Source: Flavobacteriales bacterium UBA1986
Lineage (GTDB): Bacteria; Bacteroidota; Bacteroidia; Flavobacteriales_G; Salibacteraceae
Direction: 5' to 3'
Assembly (NCBI GenBank): GCA_002336245.1
Contig: DDDG01000024.1
Span: forward strand, 45,794-109,793
DNA: 64,000 nucleotides
Shown: one piece after another, positions 44,897 to 55,192 of the stretch
Numbering within the stretch: position 1 is the stretch's first letter
Layout of the letters: every line of letters begins with the position of its first letter
The notes under the pieces: model-generated
The model's input: only the letters and a program-made list of their open reading frames with translations
Database searches by the model: none
What the model was told of the DNA's origin: nothing
Program-made: the position numbers and the translations under genes

Positions 44897-46129
44897 TTGT
44901 TTTGGGGTGTTTTCAACCTTTCCTCCTGCGAAAACCCTGAAGTTAAAGAACCAGTGTTCCTTGAAAGGAACTACTTAGGCATCCTATTATTAGACGAAGA
45001 GGAGGGCATTGAACTTCCATTTCAATTCAATGTAAGATCAAAAGACTCGGTTCAATACCAATGGGAAATAATCAACGGCGAAGAGCGAATTCTAATAGAC
45101 AGCATATCGTCTTTGGGTGATTCCATTTATGTTCAGATGCCTGTTTTTGAGTCCTACTTTGTATTGATCGAAACCGACGGATTCTTAGAAGGTTATTGGA
45201 AGGATCCTAGCCGAGGCGATTACCGGATTCCTTTCAAGGCATTTCCTTGGGAGGGCGCCCGCTTCAGATCCGAGCATGAATTTAGCGAGAAAGACTTTTG
45301 GGGTTCCTGGAAGGTTAAGTTTAGTCCGAAAACGGAAAACGAAAGTTTAGCCATAGGGAACTTTTATCAAGACAGCGTTGGGAGAGTAACAGGGAATTTC
45401 CAAACCGAGATGGGCGACTACCGCTTCCTCGACGGTCAGCTTATTGGTGAAACCTTGTATCTATCTTGCTTCGATGGCTCACACGCATTCCTGTTCACCG
45501 CTGTAATGTCGAAGGGTGGCCGATTGTATGGATCCTTCTATTCAGGGAATCATTGGACAGAGAAATGGAGAGCCTTGCGCGATCCCGATTTCAGACTTCG
45601 AGAAATGCATGAAATCACGCAAAAGGTCAATTCAGAGCCTTTTGCCTTGACCCTCAGAGACAGCCTTGGAGATGCATTCGACTTTGCTACATATAGAGAT
45701 CCAGACAAGGTTTATCTCATGCAAATTTTAGGCAGCTGGTGTCCAAATTGTATGGATGAAAGCCGCTATTTTCAAGAGCTTCAAGAAAAATATGGATCAC
45801 AAGGATTACAGGTGATTGGCTTTGCTTACGAACGTCATACCGAGAAAGCTTTGGCGAGAAATGCCATCGACAAAATGACCCGAGACTTAGAATTGGACTA
45901 TCCCATCTTTCATGCAGGAAAAGCCAATAAGCAAGATGCGAATGCCGATTTTGCACAACTGGATACCATCATCTCCTTTCCCACAAGTGTTCTATTGAAC
46001 CGCCGAGCGGAAATAAAATGGATCCATTCCGGCTTCAATGGCCCAGGAACAGGTGCTGACTACAAACAATACACAAGAGATTTTGAACGTTTGCTCTTAA
46101 GCGTTTTGAACGACGCCTCGTTAGAATAA
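44897..46129 (+). CDS. TlpA-like thioredoxin-fold (thiol:disulfide oxidoreductase) protein with unknown N-terminal domain; true start probably upstream
   Basis: WCPNC active site in a thioredoxin fold (LMQILGSWCPNCMDE). Coordinates follow the ORF-track TTG. See the finding on an ATT/ATA start near 44831. Confidence 0.7.
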   Translation: MFWGVFNLSSCENPEVKEPVFLERNYLGILLLDEEEGIELPFQFNVRSKDSVQYQWEIINGEERILIDSISSLGDSIYVQMPVFESYFVLIETDGFLEGYWKDPSRGDYRIPFKAFPWEGARFRSEHEFSEKDFWGSWKVKFSPKTENESLAIGNFYQDSVGRVTGNFQTEMGDYRFLDGQLIGETLYLSCFDGSHAFLFTAVMSKGGRLYGSFYSGNHWTEKWRALRDPDFRLREMHEITQKVNSEPFALTLRDSLGDAFDFATYRDPDKVYLMQILGSWCPNCMDESRYFQELQEKYGSQGLQVIGFAYERHTEKALARNAIDKMTRDLELDYPIFHAGKANKQDANADFAQLDTIISFPTSVLLNRRAEIKWIHSGFNGPGTGADYKQYTRDFERLLLSVLNDASLE

Positions 46130-46164
46130 GGCTCTCGGGCCCCGGCTTTCGAACATTAAATCCG

Positions 46165-46172
46165 TAATTTTG
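46165..46172 (+). promoter_or_regulatory. Candidate -7 box (TAATTTTG) for dxs
   Basis: Exact TAnnTTTG 22 nt upstream of the dxs ATG. Confidence 0.3.
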
Positions 46173-46194
46173 TTCTTTAGGGAAAATCACCACA

Positions 46195-48132
46195 ATGCAC
46201 CCACAAACTGGAGAACTGCTCTCCAAAATTGAAATTCCAGAGGATCTCCGTAAACTACGCGAGGATCAGCTGCCTCAAATCAGCGAAGAACTTCGAGATT
46301 TTATCGTTGACGTTGTATCCAAGAAGGGCGGGCACTTCGGCGCAAGTCTGGGTGTTGTAGAGCTTACTGTAGCTCTTCATTATGTATTCAATACACCTGT
46401 CGACCAGTTGGTATGGGATGTTGGGCATCAAGCTTACGGACATAAAATTCTCACCGATCGTAGAAAGGTTTTTCACACAAACCGGAAGTACAAAGGGATC
46501 AGTGGGTTCCCAAAACGAAGCGAAAGTGAATACGATACTTTCGGAGTTGGACATTCATCCACATCCATTTCTGCGGCATTGGGAATGGCCGTTGCCAACC
46601 ATTTCAAGAAAGACGATCGTCAGCACATCGCAGTTATTGGTGATGGTGCCATGACTGCAGGTATGGCCTTCGAGGGATTGAACCATGCTGGAGTTGAAAA
46701 CTCAAACTTGCTGGTGGTACTAAACGACAACTGCATGTCGATTGACCCGAACGTAGGTGCCTTAAAAGAGTATTTAACAGACATCACAACTTCTCATACC
46801 TACAATAAGATGCGGGATGAGGTGTGGCATTTATTGGGCAAGATTTCTAAATTCGGTCCGAATGCCCAAGAACTCGTTTCGAAGGTTGAAAATGCCGTTA
46901 AAAGCAGTCTTCTAAAACACTCCAACTATTTCGAATCGCTAAACTTTCGATACTTCGGACCCATTGACGGACACGATGTAAATCACCTAGTGAAGGTGAT
47001 GAAAGACTTGAAAGACATTCCTGGCCCGAAAATCCTCCACTGCGTCACGGTAAAAGGTAAAGGCTACCAACCAGCCGAAGACGGCGACACTACGAAGTGG
47101 CATGCTCCGGGTGTTTTCAATAAGGAAACTGGGGAGATTGTTAAAGTCATTCCGAAAAACCCACAGCCTCCAAAATATCAAGATGTTTTTGGTCACACAA
47201 TAGTCGAGCTTGCTGAAAAGAACGACAAGATTATGGGGGTTACCCCAGCCATGCCGACAGGAAGCAGCTTGAAATTTATGATGGAAGCCATGCCCGATCG
47301 AGCTTTCGATGTGGGTATTGCTGAGCAACATGCGGTGACCTTTTCTGCCGGGCTTGCGACCCAAGGCATGAAGCCTTTTTGCAACATATACAGTTCGTTC
47401 ATGCAAAGAGCCTACGATCAGGTGGTGCACGACGTAGCTCTTCAGAACTTACCCGTTGTTTTCTGCCTCGACAGAGCGGGCTTTGCCGGTTCCGATGGAC
47501 CTACACACCATGGTGCGTATGACATAGCTTACATGCGTTCCATTCCGAATATGATTGTCACCGCTCCTATGGATGAAGCGGAACTGCGCAACCTAATGTA
47601 TACCGCCCAATTGGATGAGACCAATGCACCTTTTTCCATACGTTACCCACGTGGCGAAGGGGTGTTGACGAATTGGAAAACTCCAATGAAAAAAGTTAAA
47701 ATAGGCACTGGTCGTCGCATGATCAATGGAGACGATATTGCGATTCTTACCATTGGCCACATTGGAAATTACGCAACGGAAGCTGCCAGAATTTTGGATG
47801 AGAAAGGAATTTCTGCTGCTCATTACGACCTTCGTTTCGTCAAACCTTTGGATGAGCTTCTCCTACATGAAGTGTTTTCTAAATTCAATAAAGTAATCAC
47901 GGTCGAAGACGGATGTGTGGTTGGCGGAATGGGTTCGGCAGTTCTTGAGTTTATGGCCGATCATGGCTATCAAGCACAAGTGAAACGACTTGGAATTCCT
48001 GATGAGGTTATTGAGCACGGGAGTCAAATGGAGTTGCATGAACTCTGCAAGTTCGACCCCTTAAGCATCGCTGAATCCTGTGTTGAAATGATGTCTTCCA
48101 CTGAAGGTTCTCGCCAAGTTTCTGCAGGCTAG
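46195..48132 (+). CDS. dxs: 1-deoxy-D-xylulose-5-phosphate synthase
   Basis: 645 aa. GGHFGASLG, DVGHQAYGHKILT, TPP motif IGDGAMTAGMAFEGLNHAG. Confidence 0.97.
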   Translation: MHPQTGELLSKIEIPEDLRKLREDQLPQISEELRDFIVDVVSKKGGHFGASLGVVELTVALHYVFNTPVDQLVWDVGHQAYGHKILTDRRKVFHTNRKYKGISGFPKRSESEYDTFGVGHSSTSISAALGMAVANHFKKDDRQHIAVIGDGAMTAGMAFEGLNHAGVENSNLLVVLNDNCMSIDPNVGALKEYLTDITTSHTYNKMRDEVWHLLGKISKFGPNAQELVSKVENAVKSSLLKHSNYFESLNFRYFGPIDGHDVNHLVKVMKDLKDIPGPKILHCVTVKGKGYQPAEDGDTTKWHAPGVFNKETGEIVKVIPKNPQPPKYQDVFGHTIVELAEKNDKIMGVTPAMPTGSSLKFMMEAMPDRAFDVGIAEQHAVTFSAGLATQGMKPFCNIYSSFMQRAYDQVVHDVALQNLPVVFCLDRAGFAGSDGPTHHGAYDIAYMRSIPNMIVTAPMDEAELRNLMYTAQLDETNAPFSIRYPRGEGVLTNWKTPMKKVKIGTGRRMINGDDIAILTIGHIGNYATEAARILDEKGISAAHYDLRFVKPLDELLLHEVFSKFNKVITVEDGCVVGGMGSAVLEFMADHGYQAQVKRLGIPDEVIEHGSQMELHELCKFDPLSIAESCVEMMSSTEGSRQVSAG

Positions 48133-48305
48133 CCATCCACCTCGAGTTGTTCTCGCTTGGGACAAGCAAAGTCCCATATCACAATGACATTGCACGTCTA
48201 GGACTTCATTTGCCGAATGGTTGAAGTCTACCCTTTTGCATAATTTTAGCAGAAGAATCAACAGCAAAATAGCCCAACCAAACGCGGTGGGAACAATTGA
48301 ATTCT

Positions 48306-49844
48306 ATGATAGAAAACATTGAAAATGTAGAGCTTCAGTTTTTAACTCTCGATGACTACAAGGAGTTGAAAGAAGTAATGATTGAAGCATATTCCAGCAT
48401 GTCGGATTCGTATTGGAAAGAAGCTCAAATTGAATCCTTGATTGATAAATTCCCTGAAGGTCAGGTTGTAATTAAAATCAACAACGAATTGGCTGGTTGT
48501 GCATTATCAATCATTCTCGATTACAAAGCATTTGACGAAAAACACACTTCTAAAGAAATAACTGGAGCCTATTCATTTGACACCCACGACGATGATGGCG
48601 ACGTTTTGTATGGCATTGATGTTTTCATCAAATCTGAATACCGCGGATTGCGCCTCGGACGAAGACTGTATGACTACCGGAAAGAACTCTGTGAGAAATT
48701 AAACCTGAGAGGCATTGCCTTTGGTGGTAGAATTCCAAATTATCACAAGCATTCTGACACCCTATCGCCGAAGGAATACATCGAAAAGGTAAAGCGGAAA
48801 GAAATACACGACCCAGTACTGAACTTTCAAATATCCAACGATTTCCACCCATCAAAAATCCTAAAGGGCTACTTGCTTGGAGACGAATCCTCCAATGAAT
48901 TTGCCGTACTCCTTGAATGGAACAACATCTACTATGAGCGGCATACAGTGAAAGCCGCAACAAAGAAAAAAGTGGTTCGCTTGGGCTTGATCCAATGGCA
49001 AATGAGGCTCTATAAGAACCTCCAAGAACTCATGCAACAAGCGGAATATTTCGTAGACGCTGTATCAGGATATCGTTCTGATTTTGCCCTTTTCCCGGAG
49101 TTTTTTAATGCGCCCCTAATGGCCGACAACAATCACCTTCCTGAGTCGGAGGCAATACGTGAGTTGGCAAAGCATACGCCTGAAATAGTCCAGAAATTCA
49201 CTGAACTGGCCATCTCATACAACATCAACATCATTGCTGGTAGTATGCCCGAAGTGAAGAACAATCTGCTTTACAACGCAGGCTATTTGTGCAAAAGAGA
49301 TGGTACAGTCGAGCGCTACGAAAAACTTCATGTCACTCCAGATGAGGCTAAGGTATGGGGTATGCAAGGTGGAAGCGAGTTAAAAACCTTTGATACTGAT
49401 TGTGGTAAAATTGGAATCCTCATATGTTACGACTCGGAATTTCCTGAATTAAGCAGATTGCTGGCGGAAGAAGGAATGGACATCCTATTCATTCCATTCT
49501 TGACAGACACTCAAAATGGTTACTCCAGGGTTCGTCATTGTGCTCAAGCACGTGCAATTGAGAATGAGTGCTATGTTGCCATTGCAGGAAGCGTGGGCAA
49601 CTTGCCAAAGGTTCATAATATGGACATTCAGTTTGCTCAATCTATGGTTTTCACTCCTTGCGATTTTTCCTTTCCAGCCAATGGAATTAAGGCTGAAGCC
49701 ACAACGAATACCGAAATGATTTTAATTGCTGATTGCGACATCGATTTGCTTCGAGAGCTCAACCAGTTTGGGGCTGTGAGAAACCTTCGGGATAGAAGAA
49801 CAGACATTTTTGACTTGAAGAAAACTGTTGCCAGCTCCAAGTAA
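48306..49844 (+). CDS. Fusion of GNAT N-acetyltransferase and carbon-nitrogen hydrolase (nitrilase superfamily) domains
   Basis: N-terminal GNAT (IDVFIKSEYRGLRLGRRLY). C-terminal nitrilase-type E-K-C triad contexts (LFPEFF, YEKLHVTP, ILICYDSEFPE). Start set at the ATG at 48306. Confidence 0.85.
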   Translation: MIENIENVELQFLTLDDYKELKEVMIEAYSSMSDSYWKEAQIESLIDKFPEGQVVIKINNELAGCALSIILDYKAFDEKHTSKEITGAYSFDTHDDDGDVLYGIDVFIKSEYRGLRLGRRLYDYRKELCEKLNLRGIAFGGRIPNYHKHSDTLSPKEYIEKVKRKEIHDPVLNFQISNDFHPSKILKGYLLGDESSNEFAVLLEWNNIYYERHTVKAATKKKVVRLGLIQWQMRLYKNLQELMQQAEYFVDAVSGYRSDFALFPEFFNAPLMADNNHLPESEAIRELAKHTPEIVQKFTELAISYNINIIAGSMPEVKNNLLYNAGYLCKRDGTVERYEKLHVTPDEAKVWGMQGGSELKTFDTDCGKIGILICYDSEFPELSRLLAEEGMDILFIPFLTDTQNGYSRVRHCAQARAIENECYVAIAGSVGNLPKVHNMDIQFAQSMVFTPCDFSFPANGIKAEATTNTEMILIADCDIDLLRELNQFGAVRNLRDRRTDIFDLKKTVASSK

Positions 49845-50007
49845 ATTTCATTCTGGCACGCTTTTCATCAAGCGTTTGGCATTAAACCTTCTGATTGGAC
49901 TTTCGACCTGAACGCTTAAAACCTTCTACTCACAATTTGGACACGAGCTTTGTCCATGTTTAATATCTTCCGCGCCGATAACCAATGCAGTAGCTTAAAT
50001 TTGACTC

Positions 50008-52461
50008 GTGAAAAAAATCATCCTACTCTTCGTCTTCATCTTCCCACTTCTCGCATCGAGTCAAATAAAGAACCTTTGTAAAGACTCACGATCGAACTGG
50101 AAGCCTCTCGGTCCAGTCGGGATTTTTAAGGGAAAACAAAACTACCAGGGCATCGTAGTTTCTGTTGAAAGTCGCAATGGCAAAGAGATATACGCCGGTT
50201 CTAACTCTGGGGGTTTGTATAGAACCAATGATGGAATCGAATGGGAAAACCTCACAGATCGCACAGGATTGCCTGGTATGGGCATTCAAGACATCGCTTT
50301 AGGAAACCAACGGCAAGATCTCATTTTACTCGCAACAGGTGTTAGTACTTATGGCAGGGATTACGGACAAGGAATCGTTTATTCTACCAACGGTGGAGAG
50401 AACTGGACGGTCGTTCGACAGTTCAATTCCGGTATAGTAAAGCAAGGTTTGTGCAAAAGAGCATTGCTCCACCCAAAAAACGATCGCATTGCATTCGTTT
50501 CTGTTGGGGGAGAAGTTTGGAATACTTCAGGATTAGGGGATGAACAGGCGGTATGGCACAAAGTGTTCTCATTACCGACGGATGGGGGAATCATCAATGA
50601 AATGAAATTCCATCCAAATTTCAGTCAAAATGGTATACTCTACGTTTCAAGCGCACGAGGTAAAGTGCCTTCCGAAGTTTATCGCCTCGATGTCAACCTC
50701 GAGAGCTCCAAGAAAATAACTCCCCCTAAAGCTCCTAAGTCCTTCAATGCAGACGTAGCTGTTTGTCCTGAAAAACCCGACCGCGTTTACATGATTTTTA
50801 ACAAGCCCGGAAGTACATTCTATTTCCACGTTTCAGAAGATCGAGGTGAGACTTTCGCGATGAACAGAAGTATAAACGCCTTTGGAATGGGCATGGCTGG
50901 ATTCGAGATTGAGGTTAGTCCGATTCAAGCCGACCGCATTTATTTCGGAGGTATTTCCCTTCACCGAATGGAGGGTTTAACCTCCAAAAAACTAGAGAAA
51001 ATTCAGGGTACGCAGCACGACGACATCCGCGACATTCGCATCATTTCCCGTGCTGGTGTCGATCAACTCATATGTGGCAACGACGGAGGGGTCTCCGTAA
51101 ATGGTCAGAGCGGAGATGGCTCTTGGACTCACCTTGTTGGTGTTGGGCTAAAGGGTTTGAACATAAGCCAATACTACGACATCGACGTTTCGGATTGGGA
51201 CCCTACAGTTTTTGTGGGTGGACTTCAAGACAATGGTACCATTGCCTGGAAAAAAGGTACGCGACCTCAACACCTCTACGGTGGGGATGGCGGTAGTTGC
51301 AATTTCGAACCTGGAAGCTCGAGTGAGCTCATTGCCAGCTACAACTCAGGAGCAAGCCCGGGAGCATTGGTGAAAATTGACTTGCTAAAAAATAAAACAA
51401 GTAGTATTTGGAACACAAGCTATGGATCTTCGATCGCACCGATTGAACAGGCTGAATACGACGACAACAAAGTATTGTACGCCTACGCCAAGCAAGGAAA
51501 TCCTGCCAAATATGGTTTGTACGAATACGACTTAAGCACTAATGAAAATAGAATGCTAGGGTCAGACGGAAACAAGGAGGTTTTGGCGATTGCAAATGCT
51601 CCCAACAACCCATCCACCATCTATTACGCTATTTACGATGTTACCTATGGCCCGGACCCTGAAGGCATTCTTCGTAGGTCCGACAATATGGGTAAAAGTT
51701 GGCGCGACATCTCCTCAGGACTGAATGGTTCCAAGGACAACAAAATTTCACACATCGCAATCTCCCCAACCAACGATTACGACGTTTGGGTAAGTTACCA
51801 AGGCTTTCGCGATGGTCAAAAAGTCTATCGCAGCACCGACGGAGGTTCGAATTGGGTAAATGCTTCCAATGGCTTGCCGAACTTTCCGGTAAACCGCCTA
51901 ATGATCATTCCCGGCAGTCCTGAGCGCATCTTTGCTGCTACCGATTATGGAATCTATACACGTACAAAAGAATCCAATTGGACCTGTTTTTCAAATGGGC
52001 TTCCACCCACGATGGTAACGGACCTCGAATATTCTCGTTGCAGCAATAAACTCTACGCAGCTACATTCGGTCGCGGAATTTGGGAATCGGAGTACCCATT
52101 TGATGTGAAGCCTTCGCAAAAGATTGTTCAATATTCCTCGAACGATACCCTCTCAGGTAACCAATTTTGGGACTACAACATCCTTGTTCGAAAGGGCGCT
52201 CACCTCATTATAGGAGGAACTTCAAAAAGTGAAATTAAAGTCATGCCAGGGCAAAAAATAACGGTGGAAAATGGAGGTCAAGTGACTTTTACCAACATTG
52301 ATGTAGCTGCGAGTTGCGGTGGCAGTTGGGAAATCGAACTTCTGAGCTCTGGCTTTTGGGGCAAATCAAGAAGCAATAAATCTGTTGCTGTTCTTGGAAA
52401 TCAGGTGAAACTCCTCAACCTTGAGAACAAGGGGCAATTTCCTTTGTTAAAGAAATTGTGA
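50008..52461 (+). CDS. Secreted BNR/Asp-box repeat beta-propeller protein (sortilin/VPS10-like)
   Basis: Signal peptide, GTG start. Repeated SxDxGxxW-type boxes (STNGGENWT, SEDRGETF, SDNMGKSWR, STDGGSNWV). Confidence 0.75.
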   Translation: MKKIILLFVFIFPLLASSQIKNLCKDSRSNWKPLGPVGIFKGKQNYQGIVVSVESRNGKEIYAGSNSGGLYRTNDGIEWENLTDRTGLPGMGIQDIALGNQRQDLILLATGVSTYGRDYGQGIVYSTNGGENWTVVRQFNSGIVKQGLCKRALLHPKNDRIAFVSVGGEVWNTSGLGDEQAVWHKVFSLPTDGGIINEMKFHPNFSQNGILYVSSARGKVPSEVYRLDVNLESSKKITPPKAPKSFNADVAVCPEKPDRVYMIFNKPGSTFYFHVSEDRGETFAMNRSINAFGMGMAGFEIEVSPIQADRIYFGGISLHRMEGLTSKKLEKIQGTQHDDIRDIRIISRAGVDQLICGNDGGVSVNGQSGDGSWTHLVGVGLKGLNISQYYDIDVSDWDPTVFVGGLQDNGTIAWKKGTRPQHLYGGDGGSCNFEPGSSSELIASYNSGASPGALVKIDLLKNKTSSIWNTSYGSSIAPIEQAEYDDNKVLYAYAKQGNPAKYGLYEYDLSTNENRMLGSDGNKEVLAIANAPNNPSTIYYAIYDVTYGPDPEGILRRSDNMGKSWRDISSGLNGSKDNKISHIAISPTNDYDVWVSYQGFRDGQKVYRSTDGGSNWVNASNGLPNFPVNRLMIIPGSPERIFAATDYGIYTRTKESNWTCFSNGLPPTMVTDLEYSRCSNKLYAATFGRGIWESEYPFDVKPSQKIVQYSSNDTLSGNQFWDYNILVRKGAHLIIGGTSKSEIKVMPGQKITVENGGQVTFTNIDVAASCGGSWEIELLSSGFWGKSRSNKSVAVLGNQVKLLNLENKGQFPLLKKL

Positions 52462-53357
52462 AAAGGTATCTCATCTCCGGCGGAACAGGCCTAATTGGTC
52501 AAGCGCTTAAATCTCATTTGGAATCTTCCGGCCATGAAGTTCGAGTACTGAGTCGTCGGAAAACGGATGCCTCAAATGGTGTTTTCCATTGGAACGTTGA
52601 CTCTGGTGAGTTAGATCTAAAAGCCTTTGAATCGATTGATTACCTCATCAACCTAGCTGGCGCTGGCGTTATTGATAAGGCTTGGACCGTTGCCTACAAA
52701 ACTGAAATTTTAGAATCCCGCCTAAAGTCGAGTCGGCTTTTGCAGAAAGTGATTTCAGAAAACAAAATCAGCCTAAAATCTGTCGCTTGCGCTTCGGCCA
52801 TCGGCTTTTACGGGGATCGCGATTCTGAAGAAATTCTAACGGAGGAAAGTGCAACGGGCACTGGATATCTTGCAGCTGTTTGTTCGAATTGGGAAGAAGT
52901 CAACAAAGGCTTTGAGCAATTAGGAATACCAACACAAGTTCTCCGAATCGGAATTGTGCTCTCAAACAAAGGTGGGGCATTGAAGCCCCTCATTCCACTA
53001 ACTAAGGCCTTTTTGTCAGCCCCTTTAGGCAATGGAAAACAAGTGGTGAGTTGGGTTCATATTCTAGACCTAGTACGTATGATTGAATTTGTACTTGAAA
53101 AAGGAGAATCGGCCACATACAATGCTGTCGGACCTTCGCCCGTCACAAATAAGGTCTACACAAAAGCTATTGGAAAAGCTCTCAAACGGCCAATTCTATT
53201 TCCATTCGTCCCAGTGTTTGCAATCAAATTGATCTTTGGAGAAAGGAGCGAGGCCATTCTTATGTCGTCGAATGTTCAGGCCAAAAAAGCGCTCAGTGCG
53301 GGTTTCGAATTTCGCTTCAAGAAGATTGACGAGGCTTTGAGTGATCTGCTCTCTTAA
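52458..53357 (+). CDS. TIGR01777-type NAD-dependent epimerase/dehydratase-like protein (YfcH-like)
   Basis: ISGGTGLIGQAL Rossmann motif. C-terminal DUF1731-like tail. GTGA overlap with the preceding gene. Confidence 0.85.
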   Translation: MKRYLISGGTGLIGQALKSHLESSGHEVRVLSRRKTDASNGVFHWNVDSGELDLKAFESIDYLINLAGAGVIDKAWTVAYKTEILESRLKSSRLLQKVISENKISLKSVACASAIGFYGDRDSEEILTEESATGTGYLAAVCSNWEEVNKGFEQLGIPTQVLRIGIVLSNKGGALKPLIPLTKAFLSAPLGNGKQVVSWVHILDLVRMIEFVLEKGESATYNAVGPSPVTNKVYTKAIGKALKRPILFPFVPVFAIKLIFGERSEAILMSSNVQAKKALSAGFEFRFKKIDEALSDLLS

Positions 53358-54329
53358 TCAGACGGTTCTTTCCATCAAAAGCACTGCGAGCTCAAATAGT
53401 GGTGCTTTTGCTTCAGCATTGACCAGAATGCCCTGTAAGTCCTGAAGAGCCTTTTGATGATACTCTTGCATCATTTGCTCCGCTTTGTGACGAAGGTGCA
53501 GGCTGTTGTAAATTTCAAGAACCCGCTCAATCTTACCTGCTGTTCCGGCGGGACTTGAATAAAGCTCAAGCAACTCTTTCTTTTGAGATTCATTCGAATG
53601 CTGAAGCGCGAGTGCAAAAAGAATGGTCTTCTTATTCGCGTCTATGTCACCGCCTTCTTTCTTCCCAAATAGTTCAGCATCTCCATATGCATCTAGAATA
53701 TCGTCTTGAATTTGGAACACTAGCCCCAACTTCTCGCCAAAATCACGAATTAATTTTCGGTCACTTAAATCTGCTTCGGCAACGATGGCTCCTAAGTCGA
53801 GAGAGCCTGAAAGCAATACCGCTGTTTTCAAACGAATCATTTCCAGATATTGGTCAAGGCTCACTTCAACCTCTGATTCGAAATCGATGTCCATCTGCTG
53901 ACCACGACACACATCGATGGCGGTCTGGCTAAAGGTGTTGAGGAGCTCCAAAGCATGCACCTCTGCCTTTCTTGGAAGAATCTGGTAGCTCAAGATCATC
54001 ATGGCGTCGCCGGAAAGAATCCCCGTATTGGCGTCCCATTTTTCATGCACGGTAGTCTGCCCACGGCGCAATGGAGCGTCGTCCATGATGTCGTCATGCA
54101 TTAGAGTAAAGTTGTGAAACACCTCAACGGCCAAAGCCTGGTTGAGGGCAATCTCACTGTTTCCTGAAAACATTTGGGCAGACGCCAAACACAGGCTTGG
54201 TCGAACGCGCTTTCCTCCGATTTTAAGAATGTATTCAATGGGCTCGTACAAACCTTTGGGCTCTTCAATCCAAGTTTGCGATTCAAGAAAGCTCTTGAAT
54301 TCTTGAGAAAGGGCAAGAAAATTTTTCAT
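53358..54329 (-). CDS. Polyprenyl diphosphate synthase (trans-IPPS, FPP/GGPP synthase-like)
   Basis: First and second Asp-rich motifs LMHDDIMDD and QIQDDILD. Confidence 0.9.
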   Translation of the reverse strand: MKNFLALSQEFKSFLESQTWIEEPKGLYEPIEYILKIGGKRVRPSLCLASAQMFSGNSEIALNQALAVEVFHNFTLMHDDIMDDAPLRRGQTTVHEKWDANTGILSGDAMMILSYQILPRKAEVHALELLNTFSQTAIDVCRGQQMDIDFESEVEVSLDQYLEMIRLKTAVLLSGSLDLGAIVAEADLSDRKLIRDFGEKLGLVFQIQDDILDAYGDAELFGKKEGGDIDANKKTILFALALQHSNESQKKELLELYSSPAGTAGKIERVLEIYNSLHLRHKAEQMMQEYHQKALQDLQGILVNAEAKAPLFELAVLLMERTV

Positions 54330-55192
54330 CGGGATTCAAGTACCTGTTTGAGGTAGTCGCCATATCCACTTTTTTCAAGTGAGGAAGCGAGGATGAGCAA
54401 TTCCTGACGATTGATGTAACCCATTACGTAGGCAACCTCTTCGATGCATCCAATCTTTAAACCTTGTCGGTTTTCAATGGTTTGCACAAACTGACCAGCT
54501 TCCATGAGGCTTCCGAAGGTGCCGGTATCGAGCCAAGCAGTTCCACGTTCCAAGACGTTCACCATGAGCTTTCCACGCTTCAGATAGACGTTGTTGACAT
54601 CTGTAATCTCATACTCGCCTCTAGCACTCGGCTTTAGGGATTTGGCGATTTCTACCACATCTGAATCGTAGAAATAAATGCCAGGAACCGCGTAATTAGA
54701 CTTCGGTTTACTGGGCTTTTCCTCGATGGATATTGCTCTCAATTCTTTATTGAACTCTACCACTCCATAGCGTTCGGGGTCACGAACATGATAAGCAAAC
54801 ACAACTCCCCCATCGGGTTCGTTGTATTGTTTGAGCATGTTTCGCATGCCATTTCCGTAGAAGATGTTGTCGCCAAGAATGAGGCAAACCGAATCGCCAG
54901 CGATGAAATCCTCGCCCAGCACAAATGCCTGCGCAAGACCATTTGGTTCTTCCTGAACCACATATTCGAAGCGACAGCCCAATTCTGAACCATCTCCAAG
55001 AAGGTCTTGAAAACGAGGCAAATCGGTAGGGGTTGAGATGATGAGAATTTCCCGAATTCCCGCAAGCATTAATGTGGAGAGCGGGTAATAAATCATCGGC
55101 TTGTCGTACACAGGCAAAAGCTGTTTACTCACCGCCCTAGTGAGGGGATGCAAGCGCGTTCCAGATCCTCCAGCTAAAATGATTCCTTTCAT
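54326..55192 (-). CDS. rfbA: Glucose-1-phosphate thymidylyltransferase
   Basis: [19 protein letters not shown]-terminus, 288 aa, typical RmlA length and motifs. Confidence 0.95.
   Translation of the reverse strand: MKGIILAGGSGTRLHPLTRAVSKQLLPVYDKPMIYYPLSTLMLAGIREILIISTPTDLPRFQDLLGDGSELGCRFEYVVQEEPNGLAQAFVLGEDFIAGDSVCLILGDNIFYGNGMRNMLKQYNEPDGGVVFAYHVRDPERYGVVEFNKELRAISIEEKPSKPKSNYAVPGIYFYDSDVVEIAKSLKPSARGEYEITDVNNVYLKRGKLMVNVLERGTAWLDTGTFGSLMEAGQFVQTIENRQGLKIGCIEEVAYVMGYINRQELLILASSLEKSGYGDYLKQVLESR

Noticed and set aside
49854-49869. Sigma-54 -24-like TGGCAC in the spacer before the BNR-repeat gene (rpoN is present in the window).
   Set aside because: The -12 position carries TCAT instead of TTGC at the required spacing. 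The TGGCAC also overlaps a small hairpin (ACGCTT/AAGCGT, 49858-49875) that more likely marks the end of the upstream gene.
49996-50003. TAAATTTG -7-like box before the BNR-repeat gene.
   Set aside because: It lies only 4 nt upstream of the GTG start, which is incompatible with that start codon. It is left uncalled.
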